Source of the DNA: Blastocladiella emersonii ATCC 22665
Taxonomy: Eukaryota; Fungi; Blastocladiomycota
Direction of reading: 5' to 3'
Length of the DNA: 64,000 nucleotides
NCBI GenBank assembly: GCA_025594325.1
Contig: JANHCV010000015.1
Location: forward strand, 310,001-374,000
Below are positions 36,291 through 48,031 of this stretch, in pieces. How positions within the stretch are numbered: position 1 is the stretch's first letter; the number at the start of each line of letters is the position of its first letter. Below the pieces are notes generated by a model that did no database searches, had not been told where the DNA came from, and was given only the letters and a program-made list of their open reading frames with translations. A program made the position numbers and the translations under genes.

Positions 36291-36507
36291 CGTAGTTGAT
36301 GTGTCGACGACTCTTTTGTACTTTCAGTCATTCCACGTGTGCATAATATGCTAGATCACATTTCTCTCTTCATTCACTCCTAACCCGCGTGTCTCCCACC
36401 GCGACGGCGTTTGGCTCGAGCACTACGATCGCGCTCTTCTCGCTCTCCGATAATGTATCAGCGCGTCATCCGCGCTAGTCGAAGAACTGCAACTGAATGA
36501 ATCAACC

Positions 36508-38258
36508 ATGAGCGATCCGAACGAACCCACCGCCGTGGCCACGGCCACGGCCACCACCAACCCGCCGTCCTCGTCGCTCAACGACTCGGGCACCACCGGC
36601 ATCCCGCCTTCCTCCCCACCCAAGGACGGCGGCGGGGATCCCAACGGCGATCCCGCGCAGCTGCCCGAGCTCGCGCACGACGCGACGACGATGGGCAGCG
36701 GGAACGGCGTGACGTTCGGCGGCGCGGCGCCCGCCGCCATGGCCATGGACGCGCACGCGGCGCGCGTGCACCGGTCGTGCTGCAACTTGCGCAGTACGTT
36801 ACAAGCGGCGGCAAGAGCGAGGTACCGGAACTGACGCCGCGGCGCGCATCTGTGTAGAGGAGATCAACGAGGGCAACGCGGTGGTCGACGTGACGCCGTC
36901 GCCGCTGTCGTACCGCGTCGACTACGAGTCGCTCGAGTACCGCAGCCGGTTCGCGGGGCACTCGATCTCGGGGCGGCATAACCCGCACGGTACATTGTCG
37001 TTCACTCGGTACGAGGCCAGCAACTGACGCGCCGCGCCGCTCCGTAGACCCCGAAACCCCCGCGCCGAACGCGTACCAGTCGCCCGCTCAACTCGGCGAC
37101 GGCGTTCCGAAATGGTCGATCGCGAACAAGTTCATCGTCCTACACGACTCGCACCCTGGCCCGAGCGATTACAGCCCCGAGTCGCTGCGGGTGCGGAGCA
37201 AGGCGCCCGAGTACTCGATGCGGCGCAAGACGGGCCCGCCGCTCTTCTTCACCAAGGAAAACCCGCCCGGGTGCAACGAGTACCACCCGAAACTCGAGCC
37301 GAGCCAGGTCGCCGCTACCGTCAAGGGCCGGTACAAGGAGACCAAGATCATTAAGACCCCCGGCCCCGCTAACTACCTGATCCCGTCCGGCGTGCCGACC
37401 GGGCCGCAGTTCTCGATGGTCGGCCGTGGGGAGTTTTTGCCAGAAGACGACCCCGCGTACTGGACCGAGCCCGGGCCTGCGGTCCCGCCGGGGCCGTCGT
37501 CGTACTCGCCCAACGCCAAGGCCACGCTCACCCACGCCCCGACGTACTCGCTCGGAACACGCTACGCGATGCCCGCGCCCCACGACGTGTCGCCCGGACC
37601 CGCTTACCGCCCGACGATCGGCACGATCGCTAAGAACGACGGACCGCGCGTCGCGCTCAAGAGCCGCCATCCCGAGCGGCGGAGTCCGTCTTCTTGGGGT
37701 AGAGGGACGATGGCCACCGACCACTGACCGTCGCCGCGCCGTGTAGAGCACCTCCCCGGCCCCGCCGACTACGCTCCGTCGGCGCCCGTGACGGTGCGCG
37801 ACTTGGTCCACCAGCTGCAGCAGCGGAAGGCGGGTGCAGCCGCGATCCAGTCGCGGCGCAAGGCCGAGCTCGCTGCCGCGGCCGCTGCCATGGAAGCCGC
37901 CGCCGCTGCCGCTGCTGCCGCTGAACAACAACAGCAGCTCGCGCCGCCACCGCGCCGCCGCGTCTCGCACCCGACGCCCGGGCCCGCCGACTACGACACG
38001 CGGCCCGCGCACCGCATGCAGTACGCGAGCCCGCCCAAGTACTCGCTGTCGTCGCGGCCGGTCGGGCGCGACGGGGTGCCGGTCGGTGGCGTGGGGAGCG
38101 GGAACGGCGCAGGACCCGCGCCGAACGCGTACGTGCCGAGCTCCGACAGCTTCCGTAAGGTGCCGGGACCGAAGGCGGCGTCGATGAAGGGTCGCCTCGG
38201 GGATAACGTCATGGTGTTTCCGAGTCTCCGGCTCGACACGCTGCGGATCAATGTGTAA
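36508..38258 (+). CDS. SHIPPO-repeat (ODF3-like) protein, multi-exon; start codon uncertain
   Basis: Repeated PGPxxY units: PAPNAYQ, HPGPSDYSP, TPGPANY, PGPSSYSP, SPGPAY, PGPADYAP, TPGPADYD, PAPNAY, with P(K/Q)(F/Y)S linkers. Confidence 0.8.
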
Positions 38259-38442
38259 GTGGGGGATGGGTGGACGGGGTGCGAGTGTAATATAGCTGTA
38301 TTGTATGATGATATGAGGGGTCGGCGTAGTGGCGTCGCCGCCTGGCGTGACCCCGGCGACCGCCGACCACCGACCAAGTTGGTCGCCGGCTTCTCTCTTC
38401 AACGAGTTCTCCAACCCCCTGTTCCTGCAACGCATCGAAACC

Positions 38443-38922
38443 ATGTCAAACTCCATGAAACCTTCCGTCGAGACCCTGCTGCACGACCCGGTGGCGCCGG
38501 CCTCCGACGCGGCGGCAACGAAGCCGACCGAGGCGGCGGCCAAGCTCAACCGGTTCAACAACACCGAGTGGATCGACAAGGTGAACCCGCAGCCGCACCG
38601 GTGCAACGACCCGTACCTCGAGGACCTGATCGCCGCCGTGCAGACGTGGCCGCTCGAGGTGCGCGGGCCCTGGAAGGCCTTTTGGGCGTGCATGCGGACC
38701 AAGGAGGGGTACGACCACGGTTTAGCGAGTGGTTGAGAGTGCGGTACTAACGATTGTGCCATGAGTAGCGAGCCGATGCCGCCGCGGTACCAGCGCACGC
38801 AGCCCATCGAGTACCAGCCCAAGAAGCCCGAGCGCGGCACCGACCCGCTCGCGTTCCTCAAGGGCCTCGAGGATAAGGCCAAGGCCGAGATCGACGCGGC
38901 CACGGGGAAGAAACACGAGTAA
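38443..38922 (+). CDS. Small hypothetical protein, 2 exons
   Basis: Strong GC3 codon bias. An intron from 38709 (CTAAC branch point) joins ...CMRTKEG to EPMPPRYQRTQPIEY...; stop TAA. Confidence 0.6.
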
Positions 38923-39383
38923 GTAACCGTCCGAATATAGCACATCTGGTCGTATCGTGCCCGTTTCGCCCGTCGTCGTTCGGACCGGCGTGACGTCCGC
39001 TGCCTGCGGATCAGAGCTACATGAACGGGGTTTGGTGCGTCGTGCCGACGGGGGCGACGCTCATGGAGATCACACGGCGCTTATGGTTCTTCCGCGGGCA
39101 AGCTGCTCGCGCAGCAACTTGCTGAGCCACGACCATCGAGCCGTCAAACCGGCTTTCCTCGCTCCTCTGCCGCCCTACGCGTAGTCGGCGCTCGAGTAGG
39201 CGCTCACCGTGTGAGAACCCGCCCCTCTCGTTGCTGCTCGGTTGGACGGTCGCTCGTTGATCGTTGCCGTGATCCCTCCCTCAACGCGACAATTGCACGA
39301 CACGCCTACTCTCTCAGTAATGGCCCAACCGCGCGATGATGGGTAACACTATCGCTTCCATTCCACCCTCTCCTCCGCCCGCA

Positions 39384-40298
39384 CTACTGCTTCCCGTTAC
39401 TCGCACTACTCCCACTCTGCGTCCGCGCGCGCCCTGCCGCCCCCACCGCCCCCGCCGCCGCTGCCCCGCCCTCGCCCGCTCCCTGCGCCGCAGCCACGGC
39501 GTCGAGACGGCGCACCACCTCGCCCGCGGCCGCACGCACCCGGCCGTACTGCGCCTCGGCAGCGGTCCCGAGCGCGCCACCGACCTCGCCCGCGTACGCG
39601 TCGACGGCGGCCGTCAGCGCCGGGCCCGCGAGCCGCGCCTCGGCCGCCGCGATCACGCGCGCCACGGCGTCGTGCCGCGCCGTCGCGGACGCGGTGAGTT
39701 GCGCCAGGATCGTTGGCGCGAGGTCCTACACCGCGACAGCGGCGGGTCAGCGCGACGAGGGAGAACTGACGAGGTTAACGTGGCGTACCGTCGTGACCGC
39801 CGCGACGCGGTCCACGGCCTCCTTCGCACGCGCGACATCCGCCGCAACCGCGTCGAGCCGGGCAACTCGCGCCGCGTCTGTCTCACGGTGCGCGGCCACG
39901 GCCGCGACGACGACAGCGCGCGCGCGCTCGGTCGCGGCGCCCGTCGCCTTCTCGTGCCTCTTCTGCGCGCGGTCGAGCGCCACGGACCGCGCCTGCGCCG
40001 CGCGGCGTTCGAGGAGGCGGAGGAGTTCGGCGGTCGTGTCGTCGTCGTTGTCTGACGCGGCCTCTTCGTCGTCGTTGTCCGAGGCGGCGGCGGGCGGGGT
40101 CGAGGACGCGTCGTCGTCATCGCCGCCGTCGGATCCGTCGTCGTCCGAGGCCGGTGCAGCAGCCTTGCGCGCGGCCTTGGATGCCGCAGGCGCGCGCCGT
40201 CTCCGCGCGGCCGCTATCGCGGCGGCCGGCTTGCCCGCGGCCGACGGCGACGAGGACGATGTGTTGGTGCTGTTGCGTGTAGTGCGCGGCATTTTCAT
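39384..40298 (-). CDS. Hypothetical Ala-rich helical/coiled-coil protein with acidic N-terminal region, 2 exons
   Basis: Biased codons; an intron near 39730-39790 links the two helical segments. No recognisable domain. Confidence 0.5.
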
Positions 40299-40476
40299 TC
40301 GATGAGCTTCGCTGCGAGAGAGGGAGAGCGGAGGTCTCAGCACCCCTGGTCTCAGGCGCATCGCGTAGCTCCAAACGCGCGATCGGCGGGCATGATGGAC
40401 GTGTATGATGACTCTAATTTGCGTGCGTGCGATGATATCCAAAACTGAAAACGAAAACATGAATGGTGGCCGGCGG

Positions 40477-42558
40477 CTATCGCGCCCGTTCGTCCAGAAC
40501 GGGCCGCGTCGCCGCGCTGGCCGCCGTCGTGGCCATGGCCATGGCCATGGGCGGCGGTCCCGCGGCGTGCACGACGCCCGCTGGCGTGAACCGCGCGAGC
40601 GTCGACCCGGACCGCGGCGGGATCACGGGTTTCTTGCCGAGCGGCGGGAGCGCCGGCGTCTGCGTGCCGGGGACGAGCGGGCTGGCGCCGGGCGGCGGGG
40701 GGAACCGGGTCGCGGCCGTTGATGAGGAGGTGACGGACACGGCGTCGTGAGACGGAGTGTAGCTCGGGGATCGCGCATTGTTGTTGCCGTACAGCGCGAG
40801 CAGCTGTTGTTGCTGCTGCAGAAAGAAGGCGGGGCCGTCGTCGGCGGCCGAGCACGTCGAGTCGGACCGCGACAGCGCGACGGTCGGCGCGGTGCTGGCC
40901 GAGGACGAGGTGACCGAGGCGGCGGCGGCGTGTGCGGGGCGATGATGTGGCTTCTTGGCACCGACCCCAGGGGCGGGCGCGACGACGATCGGACCGGTGA
41001 TCGACGCCGGCGGGGGCTCGTACAGGAGCGTGACCGGCGCGGGCGCCGCGTGCACGTCCTGGCAGTGCGCGCACCGCTGCCCCGCGGCCTCGATATCGCG
41101 GAAGCACTCGGGCGACGCGACCGCCGCCTTCGTCCCGCCACCGCGTTTCCCGCGTCCCTCGCGGTCGCGCGCGGCGCGCCGGCGCACCTTGAGCCACCGC
41201 ACCGCCTTCTCGGTGCCGACCATGCTCGCGTACGTGAGCAGGCACGCGACGGGGAACATGAGGGCCATGGTGACGAGGGCGACGCGGAACTCGCGCGCCT
41301 CGGCCGCCTGCACCGCGGCCGCGTAGGTCTCGGGGGACACGGTGAGGGGCGATTTCGACAGCAGGTTGGTCGCGCACAGGCCCGCCGAGGAAGACGCGCA
41401 CGCGCTGAACGCGCAGTCGGCTGTCGACGTGCACTTGGAGTCGCCCGGCAGGAGCGCTGCGACGGTCCAATTCCCCAGTGCCGTCGAGTTGCCGGTGGTG
41501 CGGCGTGGACGGCACGACGTCAGCGAGTAGATGGACGCCGTGTCGGCCGCGGCCCGCGGCACGTTCTGCAGCAGCGGGCCCGACGCGCCCCACGTCGACA
41601 CGAATTGGATCCCGCCCGCCACGAACGCCGATACGGGCATGTCGTCGGGCAGCGCATCGTGCTTGGCGTCGCCGGGCGCGTACCCGAGCGCGGACGCCGC
41701 GAGGCCCGCGCGCACGTTGCCCGTGGCGGGGTCAACCACGCCCGCGTCGCACGGCGAACGCAGCGGGGCAGATAGCAGGCACACGCCGATGCCCTGCGGC
41801 AGGTTTGGGGGAGTTGGTGCGCCCGCAGTCCCGTTCCCGGCGACCGCGGCCGTCTCGAGCCCGGTGCGGTCCGCATTCAACAACGTCTCGAGCTGCGGGC
41901 GCGTTCCGGGGGGCGCGAACGGGAGCGACGCGCCGCGGCGGCGGAGCTCCGGGTGCGAGAGCGGCACACACGTTCCCGCGGTGAACGCGAGGTACGCCTG
42001 CGGGCACTTTCGCATGATGCACAGTTCGCGCGACGCGGCGATGGACGCCATGCGCGGGACCTGGTCGACGAGCGCCGGGTACCGCGCGAGCGTGCGGCTC
42101 GCGGCGCGCAGCGACCCGTCGAGCTCGCCGCACTGCGTCGTCGCGCACCGCTGCACCTCGAGGTGGTACTTGCCCGTCGTCACGAGGTCGCGGCTCGCGG
42201 CTTTCCCCGAGATGGCGGGAGGATACGCGTCGAGCGGGACCGGGTTCTGGTTGACGGTCCGCACGACGAGCGGGCATCGCGCGACGAGTGGCGGGGAGCC
42301 GGCGGAGGGCGAGCCCGTGCGGGAGCCGAGCTCGCCGTGGCCCTCGTCGGCGCGCAGCGAGACGTGGCACAGGCTGTACACGGGGATCGAGTCGAGGTTG
42401 GCCGCCGGGTACGGGAACACGCCGCGCAGCGTCGAGGCGTCGATCGCGCCGCCGTCGTCGCTGTCGGTTCCCGAAACCGGGGCCTGCGCGAGCCGCGCGT
42501 TGGCGACGAGCCGCGGGACTTCAGGTCCCGGCTCCCAGCTCTGCGCCTGGATGGACAT
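40477..42558 (-). CDS. Hypothetical single-pass membrane protein with Cys-containing N-terminal region and Pro-rich tail
   Basis: 693-aa open frame with one strong hydrophobic helix (VALVTMALMFPVACLLTYASMV) followed by basic RWLKVRRR. True start uncertain. Confidence 0.55.
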   Translation of the reverse strand: MSIQAQSWEPGPEVPRLVANARLAQAPVSGTDSDDGGAIDASTLRGVFPYPAANLDSIPVYSLCHVSLRADEGHGELGSRTGSPSAGSPPLVARCPLVVRTVNQNPVPLDAYPPAISGKAASRDLVTTGKYHLEVQRCATTQCGELDGSLRAASRTLARYPALVDQVPRMASIAASRELCIMRKCPQAYLAFTAGTCVPLSHPELRRRGASLPFAPPGTRPQLETLLNADRTGLETAAVAGNGTAGAPTPPNLPQGIGVCLLSAPLRSPCDAGVVDPATGNVRAGLAASALGYAPGDAKHDALPDDMPVSAFVAGGIQFVSTWGASGPLLQNVPRAAADTASIYSLTSCRPRRTTGNSTALGNWTVAALLPGDSKCTSTADCAFSACASSSAGLCATNLLSKSPLTVSPETYAAAVQAAEAREFRVALVTMALMFPVACLLTYASMVGTEKAVRWLKVRRRAARDREGRGKRGGGTKAAVASPECFRDIEAAGQRCAHCQDVHAAPAPVTLLYEPPPASITGPIVVAPAPGVGAKKPHHRPAHAAAASVTSSSASTAPTVALSRSDSTCSAADDGPAFFLQQQQQLLALYGNNNARSPSYTPSHDAVSVTSSSTAATRFPPPPGASPLVPGTQTPALPPLGKKPVIPPRSGSTLARFTPAGVVHAAGPPPMAMAMATTAASAATRPVLDERAR

Positions 42559-43610
42559 GAGGCGTTGGTGCAGGCGCGGCGAGGCGGTGATGCCGTCTAT
42601 GGGATCTGATCGTCTATCGAGTATAAGGTGTGGCGAAGGGCGTCAGGAACGCCGGGTCGCGGTTGCATGCAGTTTCATCCAGAGGGTTGTCGTATTGAGG
42701 TTCGTAGGGAGGAGAAGGTGAGGGCGGAGGAGGGAGGGTTGACCGAAGCGAGAGGCGGTGGCGGCGGCGGCGACCGTGGTCGGGCGGCTGAAACCCGGGG
42801 AGAAAGAAGGTCGCACCTCGTTGCCCTTTTTTCGTCGACCTGACAGCTTACGCCGCGTCAAGGGTGAGCCAGCGTCGAAGTCGTGGGTATCCGCGGTGGT
42901 CGCGGCGCGAGGATCGAGGCCGAGGACGGCACGAGCGCTGGTGGTCGGTGATCGCGAGGGAGGGCGCGCACTGCAGCGGGACCGTCAGCGCTCTTGTCGA
43001 CGCGGATCAGGGCCGGGAGGTCGACACAGCGCGAGAGGGAGAGCGAGGACCGCCGACGACGATGTCCCCATGTGCTGTGCTGAAGTCCCCTCGCGGCGAC
43101 GTGGTCCGTGCGTGCGTGCGTGGCCACCCGAGCGAGTGAAGGCAGGTTGTTGCCGGCCCACCATGGCGCCTTCACGCCTCCGCACAGCCGACCTGCCCCG
43201 TTGATGCGCTGATGCCGTGCTGGTGGCGGCTCAACTTGGTCTTGAGAGCAAAATCAGCCGAGATCAGCGCCGCGCTCACACGTTGAGTCGACCGGCCCCA
43301 CGTTGCCGGCCTCGCGCGCGCGGGCTCGTGTTCGTGTTCGTGTTCGTGATCCCCGACCTGATCTGCCCAACGCTTCCTCTCCAAGCGGTTCTCCTCTCAA
43401 GCAATAGTGCTCCGAAGACGAGGCCCGCCCGTCACGTCGGGCCATGCGGGTCGCGGCGGCGTGCTGCAGCGCGGGAGCCAGAAGCGGCAGCAACGTGTTC
43501 GTTTGCAGAGTGAGAGCGCCACATTCGTCACCAGAGCGTGTGTGCTCGCATGTCCACCTGGGTGATGTAGGCGCAGAACTAATACATATTCGGGTGGCTC
43601 CCTCGGCCCT

Positions 43611-44102
43611 CTAGCTGGACTCCTTATTCTCCACTGCCGCGGGTTGCGCCTGAGCGGGAGGCAGCACGATGCGGTCGACGCGCGACCGTGGCACGAGGAA
43701 CGCGGGCGCGACCCAGGTCCCGCAGCTGCACGTCGTCCCCTGCCAGTGGTACTCGCCGAACTTGGTCCCGCACGGCTTGCCCGTCTTGAGCGTCACGGGG
43801 CAGGTGATCTTGCCCTGCACGTTGCCCTCGTCGAGCTCGCCCGCCATCCACTTGGGCGGCGTGATGTTCAGCACCGTGCACACCTCCGAATCGGGCGTGT
43901 ACCCGACCAGCGTCGCGTCCTGCACCACCGACGACGACTTGCCGCGGAACCGCCACGACGCGTCGCCGCCGTCCGTCTCGACGCTGTGCGGCACCAGGTG
44001 GTCCGACGTGAACAGCACCGTGCGGCACTTGGGGCACCGATACCCGTGCCGCGTCGCGCTGGTTGGGGTTGCAGAGCTTGATGGATCCATGGTTGGTTGC
44101 AT
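43611..44102 (-). CDS. Stand-alone Yvh1/DUSP12-type C-terminal zinc-binding domain protein
   Basis: YRCPKCRTVLF..H...C...WM...GKITCP...C..KFGEYHWQGTTCSCGTWVAPAFLVPRSRVD matches the Yvh1 zinc-domain pattern. No phosphatase (HCxxGxSRS) motif upstream. Confidence 0.8.
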   Translation of the reverse strand: MQPTMDPSSSATPTSATRHGYRCPKCRTVLFTSDHLVPHSVETDGGDASWRFRGKSSSVVQDATLVGYTPDSEVCTVLNITPPKWMAGELDEGNVQGKITCPVTLKTGKPCGTKFGEYHWQGTTCSCGTWVAPAFLVPRSRVDRIVLPPAQAQPAAVENKESS

Positions 44103-44359
44103 AGAGTTGTGGGCCGTGAAATCAAGGATCGCTTCGTCGGTGGGTGATGGGAGCGCGATGGGGTGGCGAAGCTCGAGCGATCGGCGCGCCACTATTTTCC
44201 ACGGCCCCGTGAGGCCAGGTGGCCCGTGCGCAGGGGCTCGCGACGCGTCGCGCGACGCGTCTCCGCGTGGAGACATTTTCTGCCGGCACGCGTCCACGCT
44301 GCATCTCGTCCGTGTCCATCTCTTCCCTGCGGCGAATGCAACACACGTCACTTACTGCC

Positions 44360-47300
44360 ATGTTGAGCGCCGCCCCGTCCGCCACCACCTTCCCGAGCAC
44401 GACAAAGGGCAAGCGGGACTGCCCCATCACCGTCTCCGTCCGCGTACGGACCATCGCGTCACGCCCACACAGTCAAGTCACACCCGACCATCGGGTCTCA
44501 CACCGCGCTCGCGCGTCTCTAGCTGCGTCCGCCCGCCAACCCCGAGTCGCTGCAGCCGCAATGCGTGACGCAGGTCGAGGACCGCAGCCAGGTGCTCGTG
44601 CACCTCGACGCGAGTGCGTCCGAATCGCCGCTCAGCAGCACGCCGTCCCGCGCCTTCACCTTCGACCACGTCTTTGGCATCGCGGCGAGCCAGGACGAGG
44701 TGTACGAGTCGTGCGTCCAGCCGCTCCTCGAGCCGTTCGTCCAGGGGTATAATGCGACGATTCTCGCTTACGGTCAGACGGTGCGTCGCGTCGACTCTCG
44801 ACTGAGGAGAGACTAACGATGATCGCACGACAGGGAAGCGGCAAGACGTTCACCATGGGCACCTGCCCCAACCACGACGTCCCGAACGACCGGCGAGGGA
44901 TCGCGCCGCGGCTCGTCGAGGAGCTGCTGAGCATGTTGCCCGTACGTCCCTCACACCTCGACCCGCAAGCACAGCTGACCCACCACTGCTCCCGTAGGAC
45001 ATGAACCAGCGCCTGATCCGCGTCTCGTACATTGAGCTGTACCAGGAGGAGGTCCGCGACCTCATCGACCCCGAGCCGACGCAGGACGTGGTGATCCGCG
45101 AGGATCGACACGGCAACATTGTCATGCAGGGCGTCTCGCAGATCGCGTGTCAGTCCAAGGAGGATATCCTCGGGTACGCTAGCCCGTACCCCCGCCCGGA
45201 ACGCACGCCAACTCACCCCCTGTTTCGTATCTAGCCTCCTCGAGCGCGGCTCGCAGGTGCGCACCGTGGGCGAGACCAACATGAACAACGCGAGCTCGCG
45301 GTCGCACGCCATCTTCTCGATCATCCTCGAGCAGTACCTGATGAACAAGGACAAGGTGATCGAGTGCCGCGTGTCGAAGCTGCACCTCGTCGACCTCGCG
45401 GGCTCGGAGCGCCAGAAGCGCACGGGCGCCGACGGCGTCCGGTTCAAGGAGAGCATCAAGATCAACTCGGGTCTCCTCGCCCTCGGCAACGTCATCAACG
45501 CGCTGTCCGCGCCAAACCAGCGCGGCGAGCCGCCCGGTCACGTCCCCTACCGCGACAGCAAGCTTACGCGGCTGCTCCAGGACAGCCTCGGCGGGAACTC
45601 GAAGACGGTCCTCATCGCCTGCGTCAGCCCCAAGCTCGGGAACGCGCAGGAGTCGCTCAACACCCTCACGTACGCGACGCGGTGTAAGCATATCAAAAAC
45701 CGCCCTGTCATCAACCTGTTCGCCCAGCCGCCGCCGCCGTCGGCGCCCGCCGCGCCCATCGAGATCACGCCCGCGCAGATCCCGCTCCCGCCGTCGCCGT
45801 CGCGCGGACCGACCCCCGCGCGGTTGACGAGCTCGGCGTCGACCACCTCGTCGTCCCTCTCTGCGGCCGAGCTCATCGAGCTCGTCGACCAGCTCAAGGC
45901 CGGCCTGACCCAGGCCAACTCGCTCGTCGCCGACCTGACGCGGCACAGCAGCAGCACAGCGGCCGACGCGCCCACGCCTGCGTCGCTCGTGTCCATCATC
46001 GCCGACTACCTCGCCCACCGCGACGACCCGCACCACCTCGCGCGGCTCGCCGCAGCCGCCGGGCTCCCTCCCCCGCCGCTCCCTTCGCCGAGCTCGGACG
46101 CGCTCCCGCCCGTCCCGAACCTCCCCGCGCAGGCCCCGCCCGTTTTTGGCGACGCACTGCGCGACCGCCGCCGGTCCGCGACCGCGGCCTCGGACACACC
46201 CGTCCCGCCGCCGTCGCGGCTCGCCCCACCCTCCTCTGCCGCGCCCGGCGGCGGCGGCGGCAAAAGGTCCGGCGGCCGCGCGCGCACCGCGCCGCCCGTC
46301 CCCGCACCCACAACAGCCACCAGCGACGACGCATGGACCGTGCGGCGCCTCGAGAACCAGCTCGCCGACCAGGCCGCGACCATCGAGAAGCTGACGGTGC
46401 AGCTGCAGTCCGCGACGACGGCCGCCGAGACCAAGGCGCACACGGCGCAGACCGCATCCGCGCGCGCGAAGGAGGCCGAAGACGAGGCCGCGTACCTCCG
46501 CGCCAAGCTCGCCGAGGCCGAGGCCGACGCGCGGAAGCAGCAGGCGCTGCGGCGCGCGCAGAGCGCGCGGCGGAGGCGCACGAGTGGCGGGCTGGAGGGT
46601 GGTGTGGAGGAGAACGGCGGTGGCGGTGAGGATGGGGGCGACGAGATTCTGTCGCCCACCGTCACCAAGTGGCGCACCGCGGCCGAGCGCGCGATGGCCG
46701 AGGTCGAGTCGCTCCGCGCGCAGCTCGCCGTTGCGCGGCCCGCGACGTGTGAGATGGCGGTGCAGGCCGCCGAGTCGTCGCACGCCGCCGCGGAGCAGCC
46801 GGCGCGCGAGGTCGAGGAGGAAATGGTCCGGCTGACCAACGAGATGGAGGCCAAGCTCAACCTGATCCAGGAGCTCGACGCGAGCCGGCAGCGCACCGAC
46901 TCGCTGTCACAAAAGTTCCGCGACAAGATGGTCAAGCTCGAGCGCGAGCTGGCGGGTGCCGAGAAGCAGGTCGACCGGCTGCGCAGCGAGAAGATGGACC
47001 TCGACAGCGAGAAGAACCGGCTGCGCCACGAGTACGAGGGCAAGATCCAGGAGATCAGCGCGCAGCTCGCGGCGCTCCGCGGGCGGCAGAAGCAGCATGA
47101 CAAGTTGCTTCGCGGTACGGCCCATGGTTTATGGGGGTTCGGGCGGACGGTGAACTGACTGGCGACCGCGACTGTGTGTGTAGAAAAGGAGTCCAAGGAG
47201 CGGCAGATCCAGGACCTGCAGTCCGAGGTCGAGAAGCTGCGCGACCGGCACAGCCAGCTCAAGCTGCGCGTGCGCGCCGAGACGGACCGGCTCGCGTCCG

Positions 47301-47951
47301 CGGAGGCCGTGCACCAGGCGTCGCTGCGCCAGCTCCAGAAGCAGCACGATGACGACGTGCGCAAGATCCGCACCCTCGAGACCCAGCTCGCCTCGCTGCG
47401 CAAGCGGCTCGACGCGTCGGCCAATGGGCGCGTGGACAGCGCGGCGTCAGTTGGTGCTGCGGAAGTCCAGCAGCAGCAGCAGGCCAAAGCGATCGAGGAG
47501 GCCCAGCGTGCCATGGCGAGCGAGTGGGAGGAGATCCGGTCCGCGCTCGAAGAGCAGCTGTTTACCATGCAGCGGGTACGCTACTCCTCAGTCCTCTTAC
47601 GTGGCTCCTCGCTGACAGCTCGCGCGTGTGGAGGAACGCGACGCCTTCGCGGCCCAGGTCAAGGACCTCGACCACTACCGCGCGACGAACCGCGAGCTCA
47701 AGCACCGGCTGCGCGAGCTCATGGCCGCGTCGCACCAGCACTCGCCTCGCGCCGCTGCTGCCGAGCCCGCGCCCGCGCCCGTGGTCCGCGTCGTGCACGC
47801 GGCCCGCCACATGCTCCAGCCCGTCACGCCGAGCAAGCAGCAGGTCCTGCGGACGCGGTCCGGCGCGCCGAGCCGGGCCGACGGCGCGGGCGACGGGTTC
47901 GCGGTGGTGCCGCGCGACGAGATGGGCGATGCGCAAGCGGCTGTTGTGTGA
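44360..47951 (+). CDS. Kinesin-4-family (KIF4/KIF7/KIF27-like) motor protein, multi-exon
   Basis: [10 protein letters not shown]|[75 protein letters not shown]; long C-terminal coiled coil. Confidence 0.93.
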
Positions 47952-48031
47952 GCGCCCATCGCGGGGTTGACGAGCTAGACTAGACGGGACATTTCACCAC
48001 CAATAAAGATTCTATCGCATCACGACGACAC

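Noticed and set aside
43327-43349. Short (GTGTTC)n microsatellite and similar CAG/GCC runs elsewhere
   Set aside because: Ordinary low-complexity sequence with no further structure.
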